In this document: piece after piece, positions 18,801-28,737 of the stretch | Numbering within the stretch: the first letter of the stretch is position 1 | How the letters are laid out: the number at the start of each line of letters is the position of its first letter | NCBI GenBank assembly: GCA_963757975.1 | Contig: CAVWUD010000037.1 | Span: 1,095-65,094, forward strand | From: an uncultured Bacteroidota bacterium | GTDB taxonomy: Bacteria > Bacteroidota > Bacteroidia > Chitinophagales > Chitinophagaceae | Length of the DNA stretch: 64,000 nt | Reading direction: 5' to 3' | Position numbers and translations under genes: made by a program | The notes under the pieces: model-generated | Database searches by the model: none | Told to the model about the DNA's origin: nothing | Seen by the model: only the letters and a program-made list of their open reading frames with translations

Positions 18801-19160
18801 TTATGGGAGTGTTTCAACAAAATGCCAGCAAACCCCCGCCAAATCGATAATATTTACTTCTTTGCCATAAGGCTGGATGATGGGTTGTCCCAATTTTATG
18901 CCAAATCTTTCTGGTAGTTTTTTTTCAAGAACTGAATTTCGGAATTCTGTAACATCGTCCACCCTGACGCTCAACATGAAATTCTCCGCAAATTCTTTGT
19001 TGTTATATTTCTGCAATATGAATTTACAACCGTCCCTTTCAAAACCAATGTAATCGCCGGCATCCCAATTGATATTAAAACCCAATTCCTGAAAAAACTG
19101 AGAAGATCCTTTAAAATCGTTCCCTGAAGGAACAAACGGCTCGAGTGATATAAAATTCAT
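18801..19160 (-). CDS. VOC/glyoxalase superfamily protein
   Basis: PFVPSG...FFQELGF and QPYGKEVNIIDLAGVCWHF, typical of the bleomycin-resistance/VOC fold. Confidence 0.75.
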   Translation of the reverse strand: MNFISLEPFVPSGNDFKGSSQFFQELGFNINWDAGDYIGFERDGCKFILQKYNNKEFAENFMLSVRVDDVTEFRNSVLEKKLPERFGIKLGQPIIQPYGKEVNIIDLAGVCWHFVETLP

Positions 19161-19233
19161 ATATAGAATGAGTTTGTTTTAAATTCAGATAAATATAATA
19201 ATGAATCAGTTCAACTTCTTTACGAATGAAGCT

Positions 19234-19265
19234 AAAAAATCCTGCCATTTCTGACAGGATTTTTT
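19234..19265. terminator. Intrinsic terminator, potentially bidirectional
   Basis: aaaaaatcctgcca-tttc-tgacaggattttt: stem with A and T tracts on both sides, 16 nt after the stop at 19282. Confidence 0.75.
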
Positions 19266-19281
19266 AAGTTAATTTTCAGGA

Positions 19282-19827
19282 TTATTTTTTCTTCGGAGGT
19301 TCCGGGTACATGCGTTGCTTTTCATCATACAGGACGATCTTATCATTCTTAACCAATAAATCTTCAACTACATAAAGAGAATCCGTTTTCCCTTTTTTAT
19401 CGGTCCATTTCTCGGTTGACCATACCGTAACCCAGGTGTCGTTTTTATCAGGATAGTATGTAGTGATCCAGGTATCGGGAATAATGGTCATGCTGGTCAA
19501 TTCCGAACGCAAGGGAGTCATAATGGCCTGCAGACTGTCCTTCTTCCCATTGAAATGATATTTGTCTGCGATAAATTCGACGGAATCAGCAAAATAATCG
19601 AAACATCCTTTCACATCTCCATCCGTATATTTCTTAAAGGCATTGAGGACGAGTACGGCATATTTTTCATCCCCCGGCTGCCAGTTCAATGAATACTTCG
19701 CTGTGTAAGGGTAAACAAGGGGTTCTTTTTTGGCTGTGCTGTCAGTTTTGACTTCATCCGTCTTTGCCTGGTTATTACAGGAAAGAATTAACAGGCATGA
19801 AAGAATCAATAACAGAAATTGTTTCAT
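19282..19827 (-). CDS. Lipoprotein, SnoaL/NTF2-like fold likely
   Basis: Lipobox LILSC; YFADSVEF...WVTVWSTEKWTDKKGKTDS pattern. Confidence 0.6.
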   Translation of the reverse strand: MKQFLLLILSCLLILSCNNQAKTDEVKTDSTAKKEPLVYPYTAKYSLNWQPGDEKYAVLVLNAFKKYTDGDVKGCFDYFADSVEFIADKYHFNGKKDSLQAIMTPLRSELTSMTIIPDTWITTYYPDKNDTWVTVWSTEKWTDKKGKTDSLYVVEDLLVKNDKIVLYDEKQRMYPEPPKKK

Positions 19828-19905
19828 AATCTTTGGTTTTGATTTGAGTTAAATATTTGGAACAATATTCCAAGGAGTCGGATTCTCCGAAATTATTCAA
19901 AGGTA

Positions 19906-21828
19906 TCACCATCCAATTCCATAATCTTCCCCATAATTACTGCTACCACCCCAGAAACTCCCGTGTTTCCAGTCGTAATAAATTGCATTGATGGGGCCGC
20001 TGGTCCTTTCAGCGAAGCGCATGGTATATCCCAATTGTTGCAAATCTTTTCTTACGAAAGAATCCGTTTTATTATTTAATAAAATATAACCGGGCCTTGG
20101 CATGCGATCTTCTCTTTTATCTCCGCCCAATGAAAGCCAGAGTTGGTCTGTATTGATATTGGCAGCTTCTACGGCCTGCTGCACCGTCATATTGAATTCA
20201 ACCACGTTCAAGAAGAATTGCAGGAGATTCTGATCCTGCGTATCGCCACCCTGCACGGCAAATGAAAGAAAAGGTTTTCCATCTTTCATGGCCAGTGTCG
20301 GTGTCAATGTTACCCGTGGTTTTTTATAAGGTTCCAATACATTGAACGGGTTAAGCATGGAATCCAATACAAAACTCTGCATTCGCTGACTCATGCCCAC
20401 ACCGGTATTGCCGGCAATGCATGCGGGAAGCCATCCTCCGCTGGGTGTTACGGATACAACCCATCCGTCTTCGTCACATGCTTCAATGGAAGTTGTTCCA
20501 CGAAATAATCTGTCTTCATAGAGAGATTCTTCATCTGTGCCTAAAGCCGAAAGCCTAAAGCCTAAAACTTCATCTTGTCGGCTCAAGGCTGAAGGCACAA
20601 AGCTTAAAGCTTTTGATTCATTGGGCCACGCATTTCCGAATCTTGATTTCAAAAGAGCCGCGTAAGGATTCGTTTCCCCTTCGAAGGGATAGGGGTCTCC
20701 CGGTGCACAACTGCTGTCATTATATCTATATTGAATCTGCGCTGCTCTTTGTTTGGCATATTCTTTATTCAACAAGCCAGTGATGGGTTCCTTTGGAGAA
20801 AAATATGGATCGCCATAATAGAAATCACGATCCGCAAAAGTCAGATTCATTGTCTGATAAAGAGTATGAATATATTTTGAACTATTATAACCCATGGCGC
20901 GCAGATCTATATTTTCCAGGATATTGAGGCTTTGCAATAAAGCCGGGCCCTGCGACCATTGCTGAAGTTTATAAACTTCTATTCCTTTATAGTTTACGTG
21001 CAGAGGTTCTTCTTCCATGGGCTTCCAGCGGGCAAGATCTTCCATACTGATGAGGCCCCCCTGTTCCTGACAACCGCGTACAAATTCCTTCGCAATATCA
21101 CCTTTGTAAAACCGGTCGTACGCCGCATAAATCGCTTCTTTACGGGACTTTTTTTGTTTCAGTGCCTGGTCTTCTGCCTCGACCATTTTCGTAAGTGTTG
21201 CCAATAAATCTTTTTGAACAAAAATCTCTCCCGGTTCAGGCGCTTCTCTTTTCTCTCCGGGATGTGTTATAAATACTTTACTGCTATAAGGCCATTGTTT
21301 GATCCAGGAAAGATTTTTCTGCATATTGTTTGCCGCCATCGCTTCAATCGGGTAACCTGCCGCCAGTTGCATGGCAGGTGCCAAAACCTGCTTCAGACTC
21401 ATAGTTCCATATTCAGCCAGCATATAACAGAGTCCTCCTGGCGTTCCCGGTGTAACGGCTGCCAGCGGACCGTATTCCGGCGGAAAGTAATAGCCTTTTG
21501 ATCTGTAAAAAGATAAGGTGGCCTTACCGGGTGCGAATCCCAGTGCGTCTATGGAAATAACCTTTTTTGTTTTTGGATTATATATTATTGCCTGTGTTTC
21601 TCCGCCCCAGCTCAGGACAGCCCATTGGGTGCACATGGATGCCAGCATGGCGCATGCTGCATCTACCGCATTTCCTCCCTGCTGAAAAATCTGCGCGCCG
21701 GATTCAGCTCCCAATGGCTTTCCCGTAATGGCCATCCAGTGTTTTCCATGAAGAGGAGGCTTTTCAGTTTTTTGAGCCATGAGAGGTTCAACGCAAATGA
21801 ACAGAAAAATGAGTAAAATATATTTCAT
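19906..21828 (-). CDS. Gamma-glutamyltransferase family Ntn-hydrolase (non-canonical)
   Basis: GGNAVDAA, RFYKGDIA, AFADRD-like LTFADRD, catalytic RG-TTS, VSVTPSGG, RVTLTP, QGGDTQDQ. Confidence 0.88.
   Translation of the reverse strand: MKYILLIFLFICVEPLMAQKTEKPPLHGKHWMAITGKPLGAESGAQIFQQGGNAVDAACAMLASMCTQWAVLSWGGETQAIIYNPKTKKVISIDALGFAPGKATLSFYRSKGYYFPPEYGPLAAVTPGTPGGLCYMLAEYGTMSLKQVLAPAMQLAAGYPIEAMAANNMQKNLSWIKQWPYSSKVFITHPGEKREAPEPGEIFVQKDLLATLTKMVEAEDQALKQKKSRKEAIYAAYDRFYKGDIAKEFVRGCQEQGGLISMEDLARWKPMEEEPLHVNYKGIEVYKLQQWSQGPALLQSLNILENIDLRAMGYNSSKYIHTLYQTMNLTFADRDFYYGDPYFSPKEPITGLLNKEYAKQRAAQIQYRYNDSSCAPGDPYPFEGETNPYAALLKSRFGNAWPNESKALSFVPSALSRQDEVLGFRLSALGTDEESLYEDRLFRGTTSIEACDEDGWVVSVTPSGGWLPACIAGNTGVGMSQRMQSFVLDSMLNPFNVLEPYKKPRVTLTPTLAMKDGKPFLSFAVQGGDTQDQNLLQFFLNVVEFNMTVQQAVEAANINTDQLWLSLGGDKREDRMPRPGYILLNNKTDSFVRKDLQQLGYTMRFAERTSGPINAIYYDWKHGSFWGGSSNYGEDYGIGW
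20539..20614. repeat. Intragenic in-frame heptamer tracts of the GCYTAAA family inside the GGT gene
   Basis: gcctaaa gccgaaa gcctaaa gcctaaa (20539-20566) and gctcaag gctgaag gcacaaa gcttaaa gctttt (20581-20614), the same unit as the intergenic tracts at 12248 and 15273. Confidence 0.85.
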
Positions 21829-21867
21829 ACTAATGAATGTTTCTTAAAGTTAAGCTTTGAAACGATT

Positions 21868-21967
21868 CAGTTGACAGTAGACTGTCGACAGTTGACGGTT
21901 GGCTGAGGTTAGAAGACCAACACTCTCACACTCTCACACTCTCACACTCTCACACTTTCATACTTTC
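21868..21967. repeat. Composite tract: heptamer (CAGTTGA-like)x5 followed by octamer (CACTCTCA)x4-6
   Basis: cagttga cagtaga ctgtcga cagttga cggttgg, then cactctca x4, cactttca, tactttc. Confidence 0.9.
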
Positions 21968-21999
21968 CTTCGTTCAATTATCTTTACAAAAAAAATTGA

Positions 22000-23253
22000 A
22001 TGTCTACGACCATCAAATGTCCGAATTGTCGTCATGAGTTTGCGATGGAAGAAGCCGTTTCCGAACAATATAAGAAAGACCTGCGGGAGCAGATGATTGA
22101 ATTCACCCGAAAAAAAGAGGATGAATTCCTGAAGAAATCAAGGGATCTTGCTAAACAATTACAGGAACAGGAAGAAAATTTTCAGAAAAAATTCAACGAG
22201 GAGAAAAAACTTATTCAGCAAAAGCTGGAAGAGGATTTGCGAAAATCCATTCATCATGATTTTGAAAACAGGCTGACGATTCTCCAGCAGTCAAATGAGG
22301 AACAACAGGAAAAATTAAAATCGGCCAGGCAGAAAGAGCTGGAATTTTTACAAAAAGAACAGGCCCTGAAAACAAAAGAAGAAGAACTGGAGATTTTACA
22401 TCAGCGCAAGTTGCAGGAAGACAGAATTAAAATTTCGGAAGAAATACGCCGGAATGAAGAACTGAAAAATCAGTCCAGAGAAAATGATTTTCAGCTGCAG
22501 TTACAGGAATTGAAGAAACAACTGGAGGATCAGAAAAAGCTGGCAGAGGAAATGAAAAGAAGAGCTGATCAGGGTTCCTCACAGCTGCACGGCGAAGTGC
22601 AGGAGCTTGCCCTGGAGAAATTGCTGCAGAATGCATTTCCCTTTGATCTGGTGGAACCCATCGCCAAAGGTGTTCGCGGTGCGGATTGTACCCTCACCGT
22701 AAGAAATTCCACAGGTCAGGCATGTGGAAAAATTATTTATGAAAGCAAGCGTACGAAAAATTTTGAGGCAGACTGGATTGACAAACTCAAAACCGATATG
22801 CGCCAGCAGGGCGCGCAGGTTGCTATCCTGGTTACAAGGGTCATGCCCAGGGATATGACCATTTTCGGAGAAAAAAACGGCGTATGGATCTGTAATTTTT
22901 CTGAAGTTAAGCCATTGACTGAAGTCCTTCGTGATGGCATTACCAGAATTTTCCAGGCTTCAAGAAATCAGCAGAATAAAGGAGATAAAATACAGCTCCT
23001 GTATGACTATCTCACAAGCAGCGAATTCAGTGAGCAGTGGAAAGCCATCCGCGAAGGATTTTCATCAATGAAAATGTCCATCCAGCGGGAAAGGGATATG
23101 ATGGAAAAATTGTGGAAGACCCGGGAAAAACAACTTGAAAAAGTTTTGCTGAATGCTGCACATATCAAAGGCTCTATGGAAGGAATTTCGGGACAGGATG
23201 ATTTTAACATGAACCTGATTGATGATACGGATGAGATATTTGGAATAGAATAG
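22000..23253 (+). CDS. DUF2130 domain coiled-coil protein
   Basis: IKCPNC N-terminus, long coiled coil, QGSSQLHGEVQE, KGVRGAD, IIYESKRTK. Confidence 0.85.
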   Translation: MSTTIKCPNCRHEFAMEEAVSEQYKKDLREQMIEFTRKKEDEFLKKSRDLAKQLQEQEENFQKKFNEEKKLIQQKLEEDLRKSIHHDFENRLTILQQSNEEQQEKLKSARQKELEFLQKEQALKTKEEELEILHQRKLQEDRIKISEEIRRNEELKNQSRENDFQLQLQELKKQLEDQKKLAEEMKRRADQGSSQLHGEVQELALEKLLQNAFPFDLVEPIAKGVRGADCTLTVRNSTGQACGKIIYESKRTKNFEADWIDKLKTDMRQQGAQVAILVTRVMPRDMTIFGEKNGVWICNFSEVKPLTEVLRDGITRIFQASRNQQNKGDKIQLLYDYLTSSEFSEQWKAIREGFSSMKMSIQRERDMMEKLWKTREKQLEKVLLNAAHIKGSMEGISGQDDFNMNLIDDTDEIFGIE

Positions 23254-23336
23254 CGGATGACCGTTAACCGATGACCGTTGACCGCAGATCGTGAATCGTG
23301 AATCGATATACGACCTACGATTTACGATCAACGAAC
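23254..23336. repeat. Composite heptamer tract (CCGWTRA)x4-5 plus inverted TCGTGAA / TTTACGA units between convergent genes
   Basis: cggatga ccgttaa ccgatga ccgttga ccgcaga tcgtgaa tcgtgaa ... tacgacc tacgatt tacgatc aacgaac. Confidence 0.8.
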
Positions 23337-23356
23337 ATTTTAAGTCTTTTCATAGT

Positions 23357-23998
23357 TTAAGTATATACAAATGTCAAAACCAGATCATCAAATAGTTTAT
23401 AATAAACAGAAAGCAGAACAGACCCTTCTTTCCTGAACTCAAAACATAATTCTCCCAAGTCCCCTCTTCGGATAAAATATGGATCCCTCCAACGTATATG
23501 ATCTTTGAAATTAACTTTACCCAGACTATACCATTTGAAAATGGATTCTTTTGCACTCCACAACAATGTAAGCTGACGCAGCCGGTGTCCTGATTTTTCA
23601 ATTCCCTCAAATGCGATTTCGGATTCGTGCGGCGATAAAAATTTATTCCGGATCTTTTCAATAGCCGGACTGGTTTTTTCAACATCCACCCCCACCCTGT
23701 TCGTACTGCTTACGATGGCCGCGGCATACTGGCCGAAATGAGAGATCGAAAAATGGTATTGTTCATATTCGAGGTAAGGCTTACGCGTATCTGCAATCAT
23801 TATTTCTTTCAGAGGAAAATCAGGAAATAAATCTGTGAGCAGATAGCGGCCAGCCAGATGCTGCAGTCTTTTCTGTGCATGGGATACATCTCGTTTGAGG
23901 GGGACTTTCAGAAGAAAAAAATCTTCGTCCTCTGTGATATGCCAGATCGCCAATTTTGTAGATTCGTTGATATTATGTTGATAAAATAGCGGCATCAC
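23357..23998 (-). CDS. 4'-phosphopantetheinyl transferase superfamily protein
   Basis: RKPYL, HFSISH, VGVDVE and LWSAKESIFK Sfp/EntD motifs. Confidence 0.88.
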   Translation of the reverse strand: MMPLFYQHNINESTKLAIWHITEDEDFFLLKVPLKRDVSHAQKRLQHLAGRYLLTDLFPDFPLKEIMIADTRKPYLEYEQYHFSISHFGQYAAAIVSSTNRVGVDVEKTSPAIEKIRNKFLSPHESEIAFEGIEKSGHRLRQLTLLWSAKESIFKWYSLGKVNFKDHIRWRDPYFIRRGDLGELCFEFRKEGSVLLSVYYKLFDDLVLTFVYT

Positions 23999-24072
23999 AA
24001 AAAAGCTTAATGCGAAATTCGCTCCGTTTAAGTGCTGAGGGCAAACAAATAAACAAATAAACCACCAAAAGA

Positions 24073-24609
24073 ATGATTTTATCTGACAAGCGCATTATGG
24101 AAGAGATGGAAAAAGGAACGATCAAAATTCAACCCTATGACCGTGCTGACCTGGGTAGTAATTCCTACGATGTACATCTTGGCCCCTGGCTTGCCACATA
24201 CCGGGAGCATATCCTGGATGCAAAAAAACACAACGAGATAGAATCATTCGAGATTCCGGAAGAAGGGTTTGTTCTTTATCCGCATATTTTTTATCTCGGT
24301 GTTACGGCTGAATACACGGAGACCCATGAACATGTGCCATTCCTCGAAGGCAAGTCTTCCACCGGAAGGCTTGGAATAGATATTCACGCTACGGCAGGAA
24401 AAGGTGATGTTGGTTTTTGCGGCAACTGGACCCTTGAAATTTCCGTTAAGCAGCCTGTTCGTATATACCGGGGCATGCCGATTGGTCAGCTGATATATTT
24501 TCCGGTAGATGGGGAAATAGAAGTGAAATACAATCAGAAAAAAGGAGCGAAATACAGTGGCCAAACCAATAAACCGGTGGAGAGCATGATGTGGAAGAAT
24601 ATATTTTAA
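24073..24609 (+). CDS. dcd: dCTP deaminase
   Basis: MILSDKRI, NSYDVHLG, EGKSSTGRLGI, DVGFCGNWTLE, GMPIGQL. Confidence 0.93.
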   Translation: MILSDKRIMEEMEKGTIKIQPYDRADLGSNSYDVHLGPWLATYREHILDAKKHNEIESFEIPEEGFVLYPHIFYLGVTAEYTETHEHVPFLEGKSSTGRLGIDIHATAGKGDVGFCGNWTLEISVKQPVRIYRGMPIGQLIYFPVDGEIEVKYNQKKGAKYSGQTNKPVESMMWKNIF

Positions 24610-25688
24610 AATGCGGCAGCTCCGTATTTGCGGTAATACGCGATAGCAAGTCCCACTACTTCATCATAAGAATAAATGCCCTGGGGCTGCCGGTTTGCTT
24701 TAAGAAAGTTTCCGTATAAAGCATGAATAACGGGTTCAAAAGGGTTCTGATATCTTCTGTAAAATGCACTCAGGTCACGCAGGTCCTGCCTCACATCAGG
24801 ATGTAATGACTCACGGTAAGGTATAAACGCAGTGGAGTCCAGCGCGTACAAAGCACCCGCAGAATACAGATAGAGGTCCACATATACTGAATAACGGAAT
24901 GCCGGATCTTTAGAAGTTTTGGTAGCGAGAAATCCGCAAAAATTCGCTTCTTCTTCTTTGGCATATCCAAGCTGGTGGCCGATTTCGTGACAGGTTGTAA
25001 ATGGTTGCACAAACCTGGGTATCGTGGTATTTACCTGGGCCTCCCCGCTGAACGGGTTATAATAACCACTAAATCCCATATAATTCGCCAGATAACCATA
25101 GAAAGAAAATTTTACTGAAGGATTCGGATAATATACTGCCGGATTTTCTAGATGCAATTGATGATAGGCCTGTATGCAATGAGAGAAAATGCTGTCGTTC
25201 GTTACCAGATCCTTTCTGGCTTCACGGGAAAGAGAGTCGATTCCGTTCATTCTGTTTACCAGAAGGCCCACCAGGTTTTGAAGATCTTCTTTAGAATAGA
25301 GACTGGTTTCCAATTTCATTTGTTTTGCAATGGGCATGCGGTCATAATTCAGTCCCCATAATATATTAAACGCCAGGTAGGTCCATAATACTATGGAAAT
25401 AAATCTTTTTAAACAAAGTAAAAGATATTGCCGGTGCATGGTTCGCCTGAATGCCCTGCTGAGAAAACGTATTAAAGAAATAATCAGGTAAATGAAGCAC
25501 GCAGCATACATGAAATCGCCCACACTAAACGGTATCCAGCCAAATAATAATCGAAGCAAACGTGAAATAGGCGGATAGATGCCGGTTGAATAATATTTTT
25601 CAACTGCATCAGGAAAAAAAGAAAATATTTTAATGATAACAGCAAGTATTAGCGGCACGAGCCAGGGCCTGATATGTTTCCAGTGCAT
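24606..25688 (-). CDS. DUF3810 family membrane-anchored putative metalloprotease
   Basis: VEKYYSTGIYP, WGLNYDR, GYYNPFSGEAQVN, HExxH in CHEIGHQLGYAKEEEANF. Start set at MHWKH. Confidence 0.85.
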   Translation of the reverse strand: MHWKHIRPWLVPLILAVIIKIFSFFPDAVEKYYSTGIYPPISRLLRLLFGWIPFSVGDFMYAACFIYLIISLIRFLSRAFRRTMHRQYLLLCLKRFISIVLWTYLAFNILWGLNYDRMPIAKQMKLETSLYSKEDLQNLVGLLVNRMNGIDSLSREARKDLVTNDSIFSHCIQAYHQLHLENPAVYYPNPSVKFSFYGYLANYMGFSGYYNPFSGEAQVNTTIPRFVQPFTTCHEIGHQLGYAKEEEANFCGFLATKTSKDPAFRYSVYVDLYLYSAGALYALDSTAFIPYRESLHPDVRQDLRDLSAFYRRYQNPFEPVIHALYGNFLKANRQPQGIYSYDEVVGLAIAYYRKYGAAAF

Positions 25689-25747
25689 ATCCTTAAAAAT
25701 ACATATTATTAAATCATCCATACTATATTGCAGCTTATACAATTATC

Positions 25748-27377
25748 ATGGATCTTGATTTTAACAAGAATGAAGATAATATGAAGCAGGCCCTGAGCCA
25801 GCTTCGCAACCGCTTTCAGAAAATTGTAATAGGAGGCGGTATGAAATCAATTGAGAAACAGCACGAAAAAAATAAAAAGACCGCGAGAGAAAGAATCGCC
25901 TACCTGGTAGATGACAATACCTCATTTTATGAAATCGGGGCCTTTGCAGGATATGAAATGTATGAAGAATATGGTGGCTGTCCTGCTGCCGGAACAGTTG
26001 CCGGCATTGGTTATGTAAGTGGCCGTCAGTGTATCATTCTCGCCAATGATCAGACCGTTAAAGCGGGGGCATGGTTCCCGATCACCGGTAAAAAAAATCT
26101 TCGTATGCAGGAGATTGCCATGGAAAACCTTCTTCCGGTAATTTATATTGTTGACAGCGCCGGGGTTTTTTTGCCATTACAGGATGAGATATTTCCGGAT
26201 AAAGAACACTTTGGCAGAATATTCAGAAACAATGCACGGATGAGTGCCATGGGTATATCGCAATTGTCCGTTGTTATGGGTCCCTGCGTTGCAGGGGGTG
26301 CGTACCTGCCCATCATGAGTGATGAAACCATTATGGCTGAAGGAAATGGTTCCATTTTTTTAGCAGGCCCTTATCTGGTCAAAGCAGCCATTGGAGAAAC
26401 GACGGACGTCGAATCACTCGGAGGAGCAGTTACACATACTTCTATTTCAGGAATTGCAGATTATAAATTTAAAACGGAAGAAGAATGCCTTGACCAGGTA
26501 AAGAAAATTATGTCGGGCCTTGGGCATGCACAAACAGCGGGATTCGACCGCATAGAATCCAGGGCTCCATTAAAAACTCCGGAAGAAATTTACGGATTGA
26601 TTCCTTCGGATTCCACCCGCCCTTACGATATGCTTGAAATTATTAACAGGCTTGCGGATGCGCCCGGAATTCAGCAATTCAAGGAAGATTATGGAAAGAC
26701 CATCATTTGCGGATATGCGCGTATAGACGGATGGTCCGTGGGGATCGTGGCCAATCAGCGTACGATGGTAAAAACAAAAAAAGGAGAAGTGCAACTGGGT
26801 GGTGTAATTTATAATGACAGTGCCGATAAATCCGCACGGTTTATCATGAATTGTAATCTGAAAAAAATCCCATTGGTTTTTTTGCAGGATGTGACCGGGT
26901 TTATGGTAGGAACGCGGAGTGAGCAGTCGGGTATAATAAAGGATGGGGCAAAAATGGTGAATGCGGTCGCTAATTCAGTAGTACCAAAATTCACCATCAT
27001 TGTTGGAAATTCTTATGGAGCCGGAAATTATGCCATGTGCGGAAAAGCTTATGATCCAAGATTAATTCTTGCATGGCCTTCAGCAAAAATTGCTGTGATG
27101 GGTGGTGATCAGGCGGCGAAGACACTTCTTACAAATCCAGGTAGCTTCTTTACAATCAAAAGGTCAGATCATCGATCCTGCAGAAGAAAAAAAATTATTG
27201 GATGAAATCCGCAACCGGTATGAAAGACAGACCAGTCCTTATTATGCCGCAGCGCGTTTGTGGGTTGACGGAATTATTGATCCTTTGGAATCCAGGAAAT
27301 ATATTTCGGAAGGAATCAAAGCTGCCAACCAGAATCCTGTTATTGCTGAATTCAAGACAGGAGTGTTTCAGGTTTAA
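25748..27377 (+). CDS. Acyl-CoA (methylcrotonyl-CoA-like) carboxylase carboxyltransferase subunit (frameshift near 27130)
   Basis: TARERI, VDSAGVFLP, GPCVAGGAY, GSIFLAGP, GNSYGAGNYAMCG, YYAAARLWVDGIIDP. Confidence 0.9.
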
Positions 27378-27387
27378 ACAACAATAT

Positions 27388-27494
27388 GAGAATGGTGGAA
27401 TTGTGGATATGCAATAATCTATGAATGAAATTTTAAATTTAATTTTAAATTTCATTTTCACTTTTCTATACTTCCACAATTCCAGAATTCCATA
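27388..27494. repeat. Degenerate inverted octamer element (GAATTGTG / CACAATTC) around AT-rich hexamer repeats
   Basis: tggaattgtgga (27396-27407) and tccacaattcca (27473-27484) are exact reverse complements; aattttaaattt repeats lie between. Confidence 0.65.
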
Positions 27495-27525
27495 TTTGTT
27501 GAGAAAAGAAAATTAAAAGTATATT

Positions 27526-27989
27526 TTGAAAGACCATGTAATCATGTACACAGACGGTGCTTCACGCGGCAATCCGGGTCCGGGTGGGATACGGAACTAT
27601 TCTCATGTGGAATGGAATTGAAAAGGAACTATCTGCCGGGTTTCAGGCGAACCACCAATAACCGGATGGAACTGATGGCCGTGATAGCCGGTCTCGAAGC
27701 TCTTAAGAAACATGGAGTAAGGCTGAAAATTTATTCCGACAGTCAGTATGTAATAAATTCCGTTGAAAAGGGCTGGTTGAAAAACTGGATCGCAACGGAT
27801 TTTAAAGGCGGAAAAAAAAATAAAGATCTATGGCTTCGTTATTCTGACGCTTGCAGTCAAACACCATATTCAGTTTCCATTGGGTGAAGGGACATGCTTC
27901 CAATCCGCATAATAATCGATGTGACGAACTGGCCACCACAGCGGCTGATGGAATAGCATTTACTGGAAGATGAAGGATATGATGGTTGA
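27526..27989 (+). CDS. rnhA: Ribonuclease HI (several frameshifts)
   Basis: MYTDGASRGNPGPGG, TTNNRMEL, IYSDSQYV, KNKDLW, WVKGHA...NNRCDELA read across frames. Confidence 0.9.
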
Positions 27990-28051
27990 CGTGGATTGGA
28001 TGGTTGACAGTTAACAGTTGACTCCAACTCCATCACTCCCATACTCCCATA
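27984..28051. repeat. Composite tract (RGTTRAC)n plus (ACTCCCAT)x2 between convergent genes
   Basis: ggttgac ... ggttgac agttaac agttgac, then actcccat actcccat; the first unit contains the rnhA stop codon. Confidence 0.7.
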
Positions 28052-28071
28052 ACCTTCCTAAACGACAGCCT

Positions 28072-28645
28072 TTATCTCTTAACAACCGCCCTTGTAATTC
28101 TTCGGATGAAATAATAACGTTCCAAAAAGAATAGCAGAGAAAACCAGCGTTGCAAGAATACTTGTTTTGATAAAAAGGAATTCCATCGGAATAACAAAGC
28201 ATCAATCCATTCAATGTTTTTGGCCTGTCCAATCCACGGTTGGTACCATTACTTGCCCAGACGAGAAAATTGGAAACAATAAAATAAACCGTGGGTGCTG
28301 CCAGAGAAGCCGCCGCAATTTGCAATACGTTCAATTTTTTGATGGCAAATCCAACAAAGACCAATAATGTAAAGAGTATATAATTCTGCCACTGGCCTTC
28401 ATAAAAACCCTGAATAGCTGTTAATCCGCCGATATATAATACCTGGTACAGAAGATCGGAAATGAACATTGAAAGAACGGGAATAATAAAAGCCCATTTC
28501 TTATCTTTTATTACGGCTCCTGCAAAAACAGCCATGGCCCATTGGGGAGCAAATCCGTAAGGTCGGCCCGGGATGATCCGGTAAAGTGCTGCTATCAAAA
28601 CACAGCAGTAACAAAGGACCAGATTATTTTATTGGAAGATTTCAT
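28072..28645 (-). CDS. DUF6580-like putative membrane transport protein (frameshifts near both ends)
   Basis: FAPQWAMAVFAG, SMFISD, YFIVSNFLVW and GLMLCYSDGIPFY. Start MKSSNKIIW at 28645 and the end were inferred manually. Confidence 0.65.
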
Positions 28646-28737
28646 CACAATGATTTAGAAATGTAAAATTAGCTGTTTTTAAAAAATCCTGAAAACATTG
28701 GACGGGAAATTACTGAGAAATTGCTGCACACGTCTGG

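Noticed and set aside
23357-23998. PPTase as a marker of an NRPS/PKS cluster
   Set aside because: No carrier-protein or synthetase genes are in the window, and the context is housekeeping (dcd, DUF2130).
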